In this document: piece after piece, positions 63,733 to 64,000 of the stretch | Position numbering within the stretch: position 1 is the first letter of the stretch | Layout: the number at the start of each line of letters is the position of its first letter | NCBI GenBank assembly: GCA_050742015.1 | Contig: JBOGEV010000012.1 | Span: 326 to 64,325, forward strand | Reading direction: 5' to 3' | DNA length: 64,000 bases | From: Acidimicrobiia bacterium | GTDB lineage: Bacteria > Actinomycetota > Acidimicrobiia > Spongiisociales > ZC4RG35 | The notes under the pieces: model-generated | Seen by the model: the letters and a program-made list of their open reading frames with translations, nothing else | Databases searched by the model: none | What the model was told of the DNA's origin: nothing | Translations under genes and position numbers: made by a program

Positions 63733-64000
63733 CGTCCTTTCCCCCGATGTTCTCGATCCGGATCGGCTTCCCGATCACCCAGCCCTGACGTTCGTAGAAG
63801 GCACGGGCACGATGGTTGGTATCGAGGACCCACAGCATCGCCCGATGGTGGCCGCTGCCGGCGAGGGCCTGCTCGGCCGCCGCCAACAGCTCGCGGCCGT
63901 GTCCCTGGCCCCAGTGTTGCGGGGCGAGATAGATCGAATACACCTCTCCCCAGTCCAGGTCGAGGGACGGTCCCACCACGCAGAAGCCGACGATCTCGCC
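63692..64000 (-). CDS. GNAT-family N-acetyltransferase (5' end outside window)
   Basis: Acetyl-CoA binding motif QHWGQGHGRELL and C-terminal RARAFYERQGW. The frame is open to the window edge. The 3' end overlaps the ispD 3' end by 41 nt. Confidence 0.8.
   Translation of the reverse strand, partial: GEIVGFCVVGPSLDLDWGEVYSIYLAPQHWGQGHGRELLAAAEQALAGSGHHRAMLWVLDTNHRARAFYERQGWVIGKPIRIENIGGKDVNEVRYEKALALP

Overview
High-GC actinobacterial-type chromosome segment, densely coding, mostly on the minus strand. I could not assign a taxon from sequence alone. By my recollection the backbone matches the conserved actinobacterial block seen in Mycobacterium tuberculosis around Rv3579c-Rv3660c. That block here is: TrmH-like methylase, cysS, ispF, carD, disA, radA, clpC, lysS, panC, folK, folB, folP, folE, ftsH, hpt, tilS, sigH/rsrA, holB, tmk, topA and a Tad/Flp 'secretion neighbourhood' locus. 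Interleaved with the backbone are: a Liv-type branched-chain amino-acid ABC system, a BMP/nucleoside-type ABC system, and a sulfur-stress-like cluster (ArsR-rhodanese regulator; MBL-rhodanese, MFS and methyltransferase operon). Further inserts are an RHH plus DUF4097 pair, a DUF559 gene and three small NTF2/SnoaL-like genes. Two tRNA-Thr genes are present. I saw no rRNA, CRISPR array or classical IS/transposase. The most interesting observation is an ArsM/AS3MT-like methyltransferase whose reading frame passes through a UGA at the position of a conserved catalytic cysteine. A SECIS-like hairpin lies immediately downstream, making it a candidate selenoprotein at the end of the rhodanese-rich operon. 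Other leads: a DUF559 gene bracketed by about 48-bp structured inverted repeats; a FolK fused to an ICMT/PEMT-like membrane methyltransferase; a cysteine-less phosphatase-fold gene inside the fol operon; a duplicated two-hairpin module in an unusually long radA-disA spacer; a terminator-like leader in front of folE; and a heptamer repeat that places stop codons in all six frames. All calls rest on reading the [12 protein letters not shown] and the DNA by eye. No database search or folding program was run, and many start codons were reassigned from the ORF track using start/stop overlaps and Shine-Dalgarno context.
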